The notes beneath the pieces are model-generated. The model made no database searches. It was not told the DNA's origin and saw nothing but the letters and a program-made list of their open reading frames with translations. 64,000 nucleotides of DNA from Bdellovibrionota bacterium (GTDB lineage: Bacteria; Bdellovibrionota_B; Oligoflexia; Oligoflexales; JAWKNZ01). The stretch covers positions 436 through 64,435 of the forward strand of contig JAWKNZ010000013.1 in assembly GCA_041391425.1 (NCBI GenBank), given 5' to 3'. Of this stretch, positions 1 through 7,717 are shown one piece after another; the first letter of the stretch is position 1; every line of letters starts with the position of its first letter. Both the position numbers and the translations under genes were made by a program.

Positions 1-338
1 CGCTGATAATCCCAACTAAAGAGAGCCTTGCTGCTATAACACGGACAGCAAACTTGCAGAATGATGTTCGTTTTGAGTTAAGAAAAGCAAAATTAGCCGA
101 AAGGCTCACAAAATTCTATTTGATGGGCAGAAACTGTTCATTCGAAAAGCTTACTTTTAATGATTTGAGACATTCGTACGTGATACACATGCTCGGGCAA
201 AGCGTTTCACTATCCATCATATCTAAATGGATTGGGGATTCGATCAGCACATGTGAGAAATATTATTCAGGATATGAAATTTCGGATGAGGCAAGTGCAG
301 CAATATACGAAAGGCTAAAGTCAAACGCCTATCAATGA
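1..338 (+). CDS. tyrosine recombinase/integrase, C-terminal part (5' end lies outside the window)
   Basis: The reading frame is open from the window edge. The C-terminal catalytic region has ...NDLRHSYVIHMLG..., ...WIGDS... and a terminal ...EKYYSGY (Tyr). It lies directly beside a tRNA-Leu fragment. Confidence 0.7.
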   Translation, partial: LIIPTKESLAAITRTANLQNDVRFELRKAKLAERLTKFYLMGRNCSFEKLTFNDLRHSYVIHMLGQSVSLSIISKWIGDSISTCEKYYSGYEISDEASAAIYERLKSNAYQ

Positions 339-532
339 GCTTCTAAGTCTTCTTTGAGATAGGCGAGGTATTCAGTTTTCTCTGCTTCGGATAATCCCGC
401 CAAGATCTTCTCATTTGCTCTAACTAATTTTTCAAATGTCATTTCGGGGTAGATTTTTCTTACCTCAGAGAGTTCTACCAAAGCTTGCTTGTAAGCTTCG
501 ATGTGACGAACGTTGTCTTGAGGTTTTTCCAT
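332..532 (-). CDS. hypothetical small acidic helical protein (66 aa)
   Basis: ORF only, with no recognisable motif. It sits between the integrase 3' end and the tRNA fragment. Confidence 0.3.
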   Translation of the reverse strand: MEKPQDNVRHIEAYKQALVELSEVRKIYPEMTFEKLVRANEKILAGLSEAEKTEYLAYLKEDLEAH

Positions 533-554
533 ACAAATTTAAGATCTTAAAAGG

Positions 555-618
555 TGGTACCAGTGGCCGGACTCGAACCGGCACATCCTTGCGGACGGTG
601 GATTTTGAATCCACAGCG
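555..618 (-). pseudogene. 3' portion of a tRNA-Leu(CAA): anticodon arm, variable arm, T arm, acceptor 3' strand and CCA. The 5' part is missing.
   Basis: The reverse complement reads CGCTGTGGATTCAAAATCCACCGTCCGCAAGGATGTGCCGGTTCGAGTCCGGCCACTGGTACCA. It has a GTGGA/TCCAC anticodon stem, loop TTCAAAA (anticodon CAA) and a GGTTCGAGTCC T loop. No matching D arm or 5' acceptor strand lies upstream. Confidence 0.75.
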
Positions 619-876
619 TTTACTATGCATGGATCTATTTCTAAGGTGGAATTAGTTGGGGTAACTTATTACAATAATTAACCTTAGAAAGATCAAGCCA
701 ACTAGTAAAATCAATCGCAAGCAAAATTTGTTAGCGTTAGACTGACCTTCTGAAAGCCTTGAAAATACGTTGAACGGATCAAGGTTTTGTTACTTATTTG
801 TTACTCTAATATATTTCTTTTCTTTGTTACTTTTAATGGAGTAACAAATAAAAGTTTTTTAGGAAGTGACTTTTAT

Positions 877-1641
877 TTACGTCGAAAGTTTCAAGGTTTT
901 CAACCACAAGTTTATAGCATTAAAGACTGCTTCCAAGTCACTAGGGATATCTTTATACATTTTGGAATGCCTGATCCAAGGGCCATTTAGATTATCAACC
1001 CATTCGATATCAAGAGTGTATGGAATCTTTCTTTCATCCATTAACTTTGCGAGGATTTTCATATCAATCGAAAAGCTCGATTTGGCAATTCGCCAAAGAT
1101 CATCAAAATCTTTCATTCTTGTATTTCCAGCTTTAAATCGATGGGCTGCCTGGACTTTATCAGCTACGATATTTTCAATACTGGCTGATATATAAAGTTC
1201 ACCGCTGATAGTCGACCTAACCTTAGCAATGTTTGTTGGCAATGCATATACGATATCCAAGGAAAATTGATTCACTTGTCCTGCTGCTGTTTTGTAGCCA
1301 ATCACAACCGCCGCTGCAGAATATGTCGCATTATCAATTTCTTTGAACTCTATAATATTGAAATCTATTTCGGAGTGGTAGTTGCCGACTTGATCAAGTG
1401 CTTTCCTGACAGTCTCATGGGATGTCATTTTGGCTGTGACTAAATCCAGGTCAATTGTTTGCCTTGGTGTTCTGATATAGTGCCAAAGAAGATTGCCACC
1501 CTTGAAAATAAAGTCATCCGATAGGGCCGATAAAGCATCTAAAAATTTCAGCATCATAAATCTTGAAAATGCTTGCCTACCGTGCTGTCCATTCTCTCTT
1601 TTCCAATTGTTGAACTGCTTATTTAGCGAAATAGCTACCAT
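877..1641 (-). CDS. AbiEii/AbiGii-family nucleotidyltransferase toxin (type IV TA / abortive infection)
   Basis: 254 aa. The N-terminal ...FIFKGGNLLWHYIRTPRQTIDLDLV... matches the KGG...R.T.D.D signature of the DUF1814/AbiEii family. It is separated by 1 nt from the upstream AbiEi-like gene. Confidence 0.8.
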   Translation of the reverse strand: MVAISLNKQFNNWKRENGQHGRQAFSRFMMLKFLDALSALSDDFIFKGGNLLWHYIRTPRQTIDLDLVTAKMTSHETVRKALDQVGNYHSEIDFNIIEFKEIDNATYSAAAVVIGYKTAAGQVNQFSLDIVYALPTNIAKVRSTISGELYISASIENIVADKVQAAHRFKAGNTRMKDFDDLWRIAKSSFSIDMKILAKLMDERKIPYTLDIEWVDNLNGPWIRHSKMYKDIPSDLEAVFNAINLWLKTLKLST

Positions 1642-1642
1642 T

Positions 1643-2245
1643 TCAGATCTCCATTTGAAGCAGATTCAAAATTTCTTGTCCCATCTTTTTATTTATCTTC
1701 AAAATTAAGTTAAATTGTTTTCCCGGATTTTCCCTATCTAAATAGAATTCAGCGAATTTTCTAATGGCGTAGAAATAGGAGTCCAAACCCTTATAGTATC
1801 TATATGCCTCAAACAGGGTTCTTTCCGGAGAGTAAACTCGTATGTCAAACGGTATTCCCTTACTTTCAAAACTTCTTTCTTCAACATTTGTTATCTTCCT
1901 GGGAACAACTCTGTGCACATTCATCAGGTCGTTTTTAAGGTTCATAGAATTAGGGATATCAACGTCGATTTTGTTGATGTAATCCAGGCCCAAATCGTAC
2001 AATGATAGGACCGTTGGTCCTGACACGACACACTGGGGATAGTAATGTTTTACAATCGCAAAATAGGCGGTTCCCTCATCAACGGTCGGTAAACAAAAAT
2101 ATCCCATGCCGTCAGGTGAGACTTTTTGTAACTCTCCTTTATCGACCAACCTGTAAACACCAGTCTTGTGACCCACGATCTCGACTAGCTCAGGGAGGCT
2201 TATCACGTGTCTAGCTTTTAATAGATTTGAAATCCTTTTATCCAT
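1643..2245 (-). CDS. AbiEi-family antitoxin/transcriptional regulator
   Basis: 200 aa. It has an N-terminal winged-helix-like segment ...ISLPELVEIVGHKTGVYRLVDKGELQKV...GYFCLP typical of AbiEi. It lies immediately upstream of the AbiEii gene. Confidence 0.7.
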   Translation of the reverse strand: MDKRISNLLKARHVISLPELVEIVGHKTGVYRLVDKGELQKVSPDGMGYFCLPTVDEGTAYFAIVKHYYPQCVVSGPTVLSLYDLGLDYINKIDVDIPNSMNLKNDLMNVHRVVPRKITNVEERSFESKGIPFDIRVYSPERTLFEAYRYYKGLDSYFYAIRKFAEFYLDRENPGKQFNLILKINKKMGQEILNLLQMEI

Positions 2246-2246
2246 G

Positions 2247-2288
2247 TTGCTATTTTGTCATAAAATATCAATTTTGTCAAAATAGCAA
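2247..2288. promoter_or_regulatory. inverted repeat (candidate AbiEi operator) abutting the abiEi start codon
   Basis: TTGCTATTTTGTCA (2247-2260) and TGTCAAAATAGCAA (2275-2288) are reverse complements at 13 of 14 positions. The repeat is located 2-43 nt upstream of the minus-strand ATG at 2245. Confidence 0.4.
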
Positions 2289-2766
2289 CAAGTAGCTTGT
2301 GTGCTATAGAAAGATATAATTTATTAAAAATATTACAATTTATTCTGCGGACTTGGCCATAGAGTCCAACAATTCAACTATAGTGAATTTAATACGCTAT
2401 TTCTCAGCATTATATGCTAGCAATTTAGAGGCAATTGTTCTTCACGGTGCTACGGGTAGCAAAAAATCGTAAAATTGCCAATCAACAACATCTAGAAATA
2501 GTTCTGGAATCTTAATAGATTCGAGTTTTTGAACATTACTGCATACCTTGTTTTGGAACTGAGTTGACCTACAAAATAAACTTTGTCTTTATCAGGATTA
2601 TTATAATAAGGGCAGAGTTCATCACTCTATCGACGGCAAAATGCCAGCACAGATGGCTGGTGAAATGAATGTTCCGATAGTGAAGTTGCAAAATTATAAG
2701 TTTCAATCTTATTGTCTTGGCGCCTTTAAAATACCAATTGCGATATAAATATCAATTCGCACCCAA

Positions 2767-4281
2767 GGTACATTCCAATACAATCTGGACTTTTTGATTT
2801 GTGTTAACGAATTCTACTGATACGGTTTAGGTGTAGAGTTTAAAGTAAAAGTTTGATGTCAATTTATGTCGCACAAAGAGGCATTGGAATTCTGCTACGA
2901 CAAGCATTTGTTACAATTGAGGGATTGATGAAAACTGATACGATTCTTAATTGCTGCTCTTGATTTTTCCTTGAGTTCTGCAGCTATTTCTTCACTCCAT
3001 AGTCCGCGGTACATTTCTTCTGGCGTAGCTCCTTTAAATGCTGAATGTGGCATTTTAGAATTTTGCTCAGAATAGTAAAAATCAGTGAGCTGTCTGACAG
3101 TATTGATATTTTGCAGAGGAACATTATAGAGGCAGTTGTATTTTAGGCTCCTAAAATTTGCCTCTATGATAGAATTAGAGAATTTTACATCGATTTGAGC
3201 ATTGGTTAAAGTCAGTTTTCCTAGGTTAACAAGCTTAGATACAAATTGATTGAAATTTTCACTACCGCCATCCACAAAGACCTCAGGCAGTATCTTTGGG
3301 TTTGAGTTGCTTGCCTTTTCCAAAGCCTCAAGAAGAAGATCTTTTGTTTGGCATCCAGTTTTGTGCTCACTTACTTTCCAAGCAATGGTGTATCGTGAAT
3401 AATTGTCGACGACACTTTGTACATATGCTTTGCCACCTTCAAGTAGATTGACCTCAGTGACGTCGACATGCCAAATTTCGTTTGGAGCGTTTGCTCGTAC
3501 TCCTATTTTAGGTTTTGTTGGATAAACCCTTCTTCTAGGTCGTTTCCACCCATGTCGCTTAACCATTCTGGACCAAGTCGAGGGAGAACATATTAGTTGG
3601 CCAGAACGTTTAATTTTCTTTGCTAGTGTAGTTAAGGGATAGTGTGCGTAGTCTGCTGAAGTAACAAAATCTTTCATTTTGGTAAGTTCAGCTGCAGTGA
3701 GTTTCATTGGATTAAATTTAGGACACGTTTTGTAATCATTTAGATTACATGACAGATCTCTCTTGACCCAACTATGATAACGGCTTGATGATAGAGAAAT
3801 TGTGGCCAAAGATTTCTTAAGCCCAGTTATGCTTGCTGTTTTCTTTATCATTTTGAGTACCAGTTCTTTGTCTGCGGCGCTCGGTAAACGCTGCCACTTG
3901 ATGGAAAATCCGAAGATATCATTGATAGACTTGTAAAGCTCAAGGAGAGCAGTCAGTTGCTTACATTCAAGCTGAAGTTTATTGATGTCTTTGATAAGTT
4001 CAGTCTTACTGACGTCGAGGTTTTCAAAAGTAACAACTTTTCGTGGTTTATTTTTGGTCCATGCAGCAGCAGTCGACACAGGGACACCAAATCCCTTTAT
4101 GAGTTGATAGGGATCAGTGCTAGCGAATGCTAGCTCTTTTAATCTATGATCGTACAAAGTTTTCATAATTTATAGAGTCGCAAATGAAAGGAAAAAACCT
4201 TAGCTTCCATCTGATAATCTTGTTGTTCTGGTAGGTTACGGATAACCGAAGTTAAAAGTCCAGATTGTTTTGGAATGTACC
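2767..4281 (-). mobile_element. insertion sequence with a single rve-type DDE transposase (IS481/IS3-superfamily-like), about 1515 bp
   Basis: Terminal inverted repeats are GGTACATTCCAATACAATCTGGACTTTT (2767-2794) and, reverse-complemented, 4254-4281 GGTACATTCCAAAACAATCTGGACTTTT (27/28 identical). They enclose the transposase ORF. Confidence 0.8.
2895..4166 (-). CDS. DDE transposase (integrase-core/rve domain)
   Basis: 423 aa. The DDE triad context is ...IWHVDVTEV..., ...VFVDGGSENFN..., ...IEANFRSLKYN..., and DNYSRYTIAW is typical of rve-domain transposases. Confidence 0.85.
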   Translation of the reverse strand: MKTLYDHRLKELAFASTDPYQLIKGFGVPVSTAAAWTKNKPRKVVTFENLDVSKTELIKDINKLQLECKQLTALLELYKSINDIFGFSIKWQRLPSAADKELVLKMIKKTASITGLKKSLATISLSSSRYHSWVKRDLSCNLNDYKTCPKFNPMKLTAAELTKMKDFVTSADYAHYPLTTLAKKIKRSGQLICSPSTWSRMVKRHGWKRPRRRVYPTKPKIGVRANAPNEIWHVDVTEVNLLEGGKAYVQSVVDNYSRYTIAWKVSEHKTGCQTKDLLLEALEKASNSNPKILPEVFVDGGSENFNQFVSKLVNLGKLTLTNAQIDVKFSNSIIEANFRSLKYNCLYNVPLQNINTVRQLTDFYYSEQNSKMPHSAFKGATPEEMYRGLWSEEIAAELKEKSRAAIKNRISFHQSLNCNKCLS

Positions 4282-4464
4282 TTTGCTCCATTTACGCGTC
4301 ATGATATGAGGCGTGGCTTCAACTTAGCAGCCAAGGAAGCAGGTATGTCTTTGGACGATCGTGCCTTGATTCTTGGTCATGGTAGGGAAGTCAACGAAGC
4401 TCATTATTGTGGCAAGCCTCAATTGGATGCGGATAAAATTTCGGAGATTTTAAATGCGATGTGA
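4282..4464 (+). pseudogene. tyrosine integrase C-terminal remnant, truncated at its 5' side by the IS
   Basis: ...FTRHDMRRGFNLAAKEAGMSLDDRALILGHGREVNEAHY... carries the R, H-x-x-R, LGH and Tyr elements. The frame starts exactly at the IS right end, and no N-terminal ORF of 60 aa or more exists left of the IS (2250-2766). Confidence 0.7.
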
Positions 4465-4485
4465 ACTGTATTTGGGGGATACAAA

Positions 4486-4572
4486 TGGTGCCTCCGGTGA
4501 GAATCGAACTCACACTCCGTTGCCAGAACCGGATTTTGAATCCGGCGCGTCTACCAATTCCGCCACAGAGGC
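4486..4572 (-). tRNA. tRNA-Leu(CAA), intact, CCA encoded
   Basis: The reverse complement is GCCTCTGTGGCGGAATTGGTAGACGCGCCGGATTCAAAATCCGGTTCTGGCAACGGAGTGTGAGTTCGATTCTCACCGGAGGCACCA. The acceptor stem is GCCTCTG/CGGAGGC, the anticodon loop is TTCAAAA, and there is a long variable arm and a GTTCGATTC T loop. Confidence 0.9.
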
Positions 4573-4700
4573 TTGTTACTATGCTGTTACTGTCGTCTTT
4601 ATTCTTGCTTTTTCAACCTCAGGACCTTAGTCGCTAAGGTATCGAAATGTCAAGAAGTTTCTGCTTTTCTTGCCTAATTCCTCTGAAATAGACGCGTAGT

Positions 4701-4740
4701 ATTTTGAATCCACTGCGTCTACCGATTTCGCCACCTCGGC
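4701..4740 (-). pseudogene. 5' half of a second tRNA-Leu(CAA), ending inside the anticodon loop
   Basis: The reverse complement is GCCGAGGTGGCGAAATCGGTAGACGCAGTGGATTCAAAAT (acceptor 5' strand, D arm, anticodon stem 5' strand and loop). The sequence after CAAAAT is unrelated to a tRNA. Confidence 0.75.
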
Positions 4741-5062
4741 TTAGTTGTACATATCATGCACTGTGGCAGTAGCTTATAACCATGCGTCTCTTCCATCAAA
4801 TCTGGAATCTGCCTTTAAGAAACCAAAATAACTACCATATCTGATTAGTCACCCAACCGATTCTGCCTATTTAATGTAACAGGGAAGTTATCGTGGAGAT
4901 CAAAAAATAAGCTACACAATCCATTGTTTTTATTTATAAATTGCTTCCTTGTCAAGAGAAAATAAAATTTGGCGATAGTTGGAATTGCATAGAGGAAATG
5001 TAGAGGAAAAAGAGAGAGCAAGGCCAATACAGCGGACGACGCATTTACAAGGAGATGTGCGT

Positions 5063-5419
5063 ATGGTCACTTCTATGCGGCGGCAAGACCGAAGGGTGCA
5101 GCCAAGGATTGTGACGTTGAATTCAGATGAGATTACAGGGCTTTTAGTGGCTGAATCGAACTTTGAACGCCAACCATTTATTTTATGTGATGTTTCTGAA
5201 ACTGGTATCGGTATATGGACGCCAGAGAAGCTGCCTATGGATAGTTCCATCAAAGTTATTCTGGGAGCTGAGTTTGGTAATATCACCGTAAGTTGCCAAG
5301 TAATGTGGTGTAGTGAAGATCCCGAACGCAAAGGGTTTAACTCTGGCATGTGTGTGAAAGGGGAAGTTCACAGCTATATTTACAAGTACATCAAGGAAAA
5401 ATGTGACCAAGGTGCTTAG
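5063..5419 (+). CDS. PilZ-domain protein (c-di-GMP receptor)
   Basis: It has the RRQDRR (RxxxR) and DVSETGIG (D/NxSxxG) PilZ motifs. The ATG at 5063 is preceded by GGAG at 5051. The ORF track extends the frame to a TTG at 4979. Confidence 0.75.
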   Translation: MVTSMRRQDRRVQPRIVTLNSDEITGLLVAESNFERQPFILCDVSETGIGIWTPEKLPMDSSIKVILGAEFGNITVSCQVMWCSEDPERKGFNSGMCVKGEVHSYIYKYIKEKCDQGA

Positions 5420-5538
5420 TGTGGCATAGGTGTTAGCCCTGCATATTATTCCCTCACAGTGTTTTTGTCTTTAGATTAAAATTTATAATAGCCCCATGTC
5501 TAATTCGATATTTTCAATTTCGTAAAAGGAAATCGATT

Positions 5539-6858
5539 ATGCAGATTGACGTATCATTGCTAGCAAATGCGATGATTTCCAATGAGTTTATCTTGCTATG
5601 GAGTTTATCTATCGTTGCCTACGCTTTCTTCTGGATTTTTAAGATGATTTTCAGATCTAAAGCGCTTATAGGGGAGTTTAAAGGTGCAATGCATTTGCTT
5701 GCTCAACTTAAAATATTGGAAGGTAGTGATAAAAAGTTTAAGAAAAAGTTAGATGTCTTTTTAAAGCTTCCATTAATAGCGCCATTTGCCGATCGGCTAT
5801 TTGTTAGCGATAGGTGTGATAGCCTTATTCTCGACTCACAGGTCATTAGTGCTATAAATGAAGAAAGCATCATTAGCCCAAGGTTGGATAAAAACGCCTA
5901 TCAAAGTATCGGCAGTCATCTAAGTGGTATGGGGGTTTTAGGTACATTTATTGGCCTTTCGGCAAGTATATATTTGGCCCGTAAGGGTCTTATGGGAAGC
6001 AACTTTTTGCAGATGAGAGATTCTTTAGATCAGCTTTTGGGTGGAGCTGCCTTGGCTTTTTGGACATCAATGGTAGGGGTAGGCTGTTCGCTTCTATACA
6101 ATAGAGTGGAAATAGCGGTCTTTAGTACGTTGAGGTATAAGTTACAAACTCTTATTGAAAGCATCGCAACGATAGGCAAGCGTTTTTCGCAGGAAGAGGT
6201 TTCCATAAACCAGTTAAATGCCAATACGAGTCAATTGCGCTATCTTGAACAGATAGCGGGATCATTGGAGGCACTTAACAATAAACAACAAAAAATTCAG
6301 GAAGAAATATTACGTGAAGTAGTCAATGATTTTCGCAATGGATTAGCAGAAGGTGCGCCGCAGGAGATGAAAGCGATAGCCGATAATTGCCTTAGAATCT
6401 TATCATCGATCAAGGCAAATTTAGGTGAGATGCAAGATTCTAATAGTTATTTGGTGGAAACAAGTAAGAAAATTGGCGAGGCTATTGAAGAGCCTTTACA
6501 AAAGGCCGCAGGCGTGTTCCATACAAAAATAATTGATACTATTGAACGAATGGAACGGGCATTGGATGGAGCTACTTCGCAAATCGGCAAAAATATGATG
6601 ACTGAATCTGTAGCTGCAACACAGCAGATACAAGAGCCTATTATACAACTGGGACAAATTGTACATAAGTTAACGGATAAGACTAGGCGTGCGACCGATG
6701 ATTGGACGGATGCTATGATATCTATGGAAAGGCTAGTCAGAATGCTTGACAAAGAGCGCAAGCATTTTGCCAATGGCAATGAAAAAAAAGCCAGCCCTGA
6801 TTTCGAACATCCCGTCATAAATTTCAACCGTGAAAATTTTACAGACGATAAATTTTAA
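5539..6858 (+). CDS. MotA/TolQ/ExbB-family proton-channel protein with a long C-terminal helical tail (ZorA-like architecture)
   Basis: 439 aa. TM1 spans about residues 16-38. The channel motifs are ...SGMGVLGTFIGLSASIYLA... and ...GGAALAFWTSMVGVGCSLLYNRVE.... A roughly 245-aa charged, Q/E/K-rich tail follows. AAAGGA lies before the ATG. Confidence 0.7.
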   Translation: MQIDVSLLANAMISNEFILLWSLSIVAYAFFWIFKMIFRSKALIGEFKGAMHLLAQLKILEGSDKKFKKKLDVFLKLPLIAPFADRLFVSDRCDSLILDSQVISAINEESIISPRLDKNAYQSIGSHLSGMGVLGTFIGLSASIYLARKGLMGSNFLQMRDSLDQLLGGAALAFWTSMVGVGCSLLYNRVEIAVFSTLRYKLQTLIESIATIGKRFSQEEVSINQLNANTSQLRYLEQIAGSLEALNNKQQKIQEEILREVVNDFRNGLAEGAPQEMKAIADNCLRILSSIKANLGEMQDSNSYLVETSKKIGEAIEEPLQKAAGVFHTKIIDTIERMERALDGATSQIGKNMMTESVAATQQIQEPIIQLGQIVHKLTDKTRRATDDWTDAMISMERLVRMLDKERKHFANGNEKKASPDFEHPVINFNRENFTDDKF

Positions 6859-6898
6859 TGTTTTAAGCTGTTTTTAGATTTTTAGAATATGGGCAATC

Positions 6899-7717
6899 AT
6901 GCGTAATCATAACTATGAAAAAAAACAAAATTTATGGATGTCTTTATGCGATATTTTAGCAGCCATGATTTTTGTTTTTCTAATTGTTTTAGCAGTGTTT
7001 TGTATTCAGTATGAAAGTGATCAAGCTCATTTTAAGAATACTAAAGAAATCTTACAAAGTTCCATGAACACCCGGAAAGAAATTTTAACTAAACTGCAAG
7101 AAGCGTTGCGATCTTACGGGTTGAACTCGGAAGTCATTTTACAGGCCGGAATTCTCAGGCTTAATAATGAAATTATTTCATTCCCTGCATCTGAAGCAAA
7201 TCCTAATACAATCAACCTTCAGAATATTGGTGTGTTGTCCAAAATTATGTCAGAAGTCCTTCCTTGCTATGCGAAGCAAAAGCCTGCTGTTTTAACCACT
7301 GAGGAGTTGCCAATATGGTGTGATGTGGGCTTAAAAAATATTGGAGCATCAGTTTCTGTAAATAACTGTTCAAATACCCGTAGCGTAAATATTGAAACCA
7401 TTATGATAGAAGGGCATACCGATCCAACACCTGTTAAAAAAACAGCATCATATCCTGATAACTTCGCTTTGTCGGCGATGAGAGCTTCAAATATTTGGAA
7501 ACTATTAAAGGCTTGCCAGCCGAATTTAGCTGAACTTTATAATGAAAATAACAATAAGATCTTTGGAGTGAGTGGCTATGCATATCTGCGCCCGGCACAA
7601 AAAAATCCGAACGATCCCCGAAATAGGCGTATTGATGTGCGCTTTGTTATGGAGCAACCCAAAGAAGCCTTTATAAATCTTTCGAAACGTCTGTTAGGAC
7701 CGCATCAGCAATTTTAG
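6899..7717 (+). CDS. MotB/OmpA-family protein (ZorB-like): N-terminal TM with conserved Asp plus C-terminal OmpA-like peptidoglycan-binding domain
   Basis: The TM segment ...LWMSLCDILAAMIFVFLIVL... carries an Asp at a MotB-like position. The C terminus reads ...IEGHTDPTP...NFALSAMRASNIWKLL...NRRIDVRFVM. Confidence 0.75.
   Translation: MRNHNYEKKQNLWMSLCDILAAMIFVFLIVLAVFCIQYESDQAHFKNTKEILQSSMNTRKEILTKLQEALRSYGLNSEVILQAGILRLNNEIISFPASEANPNTINLQNIGVLSKIMSEVLPCYAKQKPAVLTTEELPIWCDVGLKNIGASVSVNNCSNTRSVNIETIMIEGHTDPTPVKKTASYPDNFALSAMRASNIWKLLKACQPNLAELYNENNNKIFGVSGYAYLRPAQKNPNDPRNRRIDVRFVMEQPKEAFINLSKRLLGPHQQF

Noticed and set aside
436-681. 81-aa ORF on the plus strand.
   Set aside because: It overlaps the antisense 66-aa ORF and reads through the tRNA-Leu fragment (the peptide ...GTSGRTRTGTSLRTVDFEST... 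is translated tRNA sequence). It is spurious.
4930-5349. 139-aa minus-strand ORF, plus the ORFs at 4845-5027 and 5183-5410.
   Set aside because: They are antisense to the PilZ gene, which has clear domain motifs and an RBS. None of them has a motif of its own.
5539-7717. Calling this locus a complete, known Zorya system (type I, II or III).
   Set aside because: Only the ZorA-like and ZorB-like genes are present. No ZorC/ZorD (helicase/nuclease), ZorE (HNH) or ZorF/G-like genes flank them; the downstream gene is a convergent SGNH hydrolase. The locus is therefore reported only as a ZorAB-like architecture.
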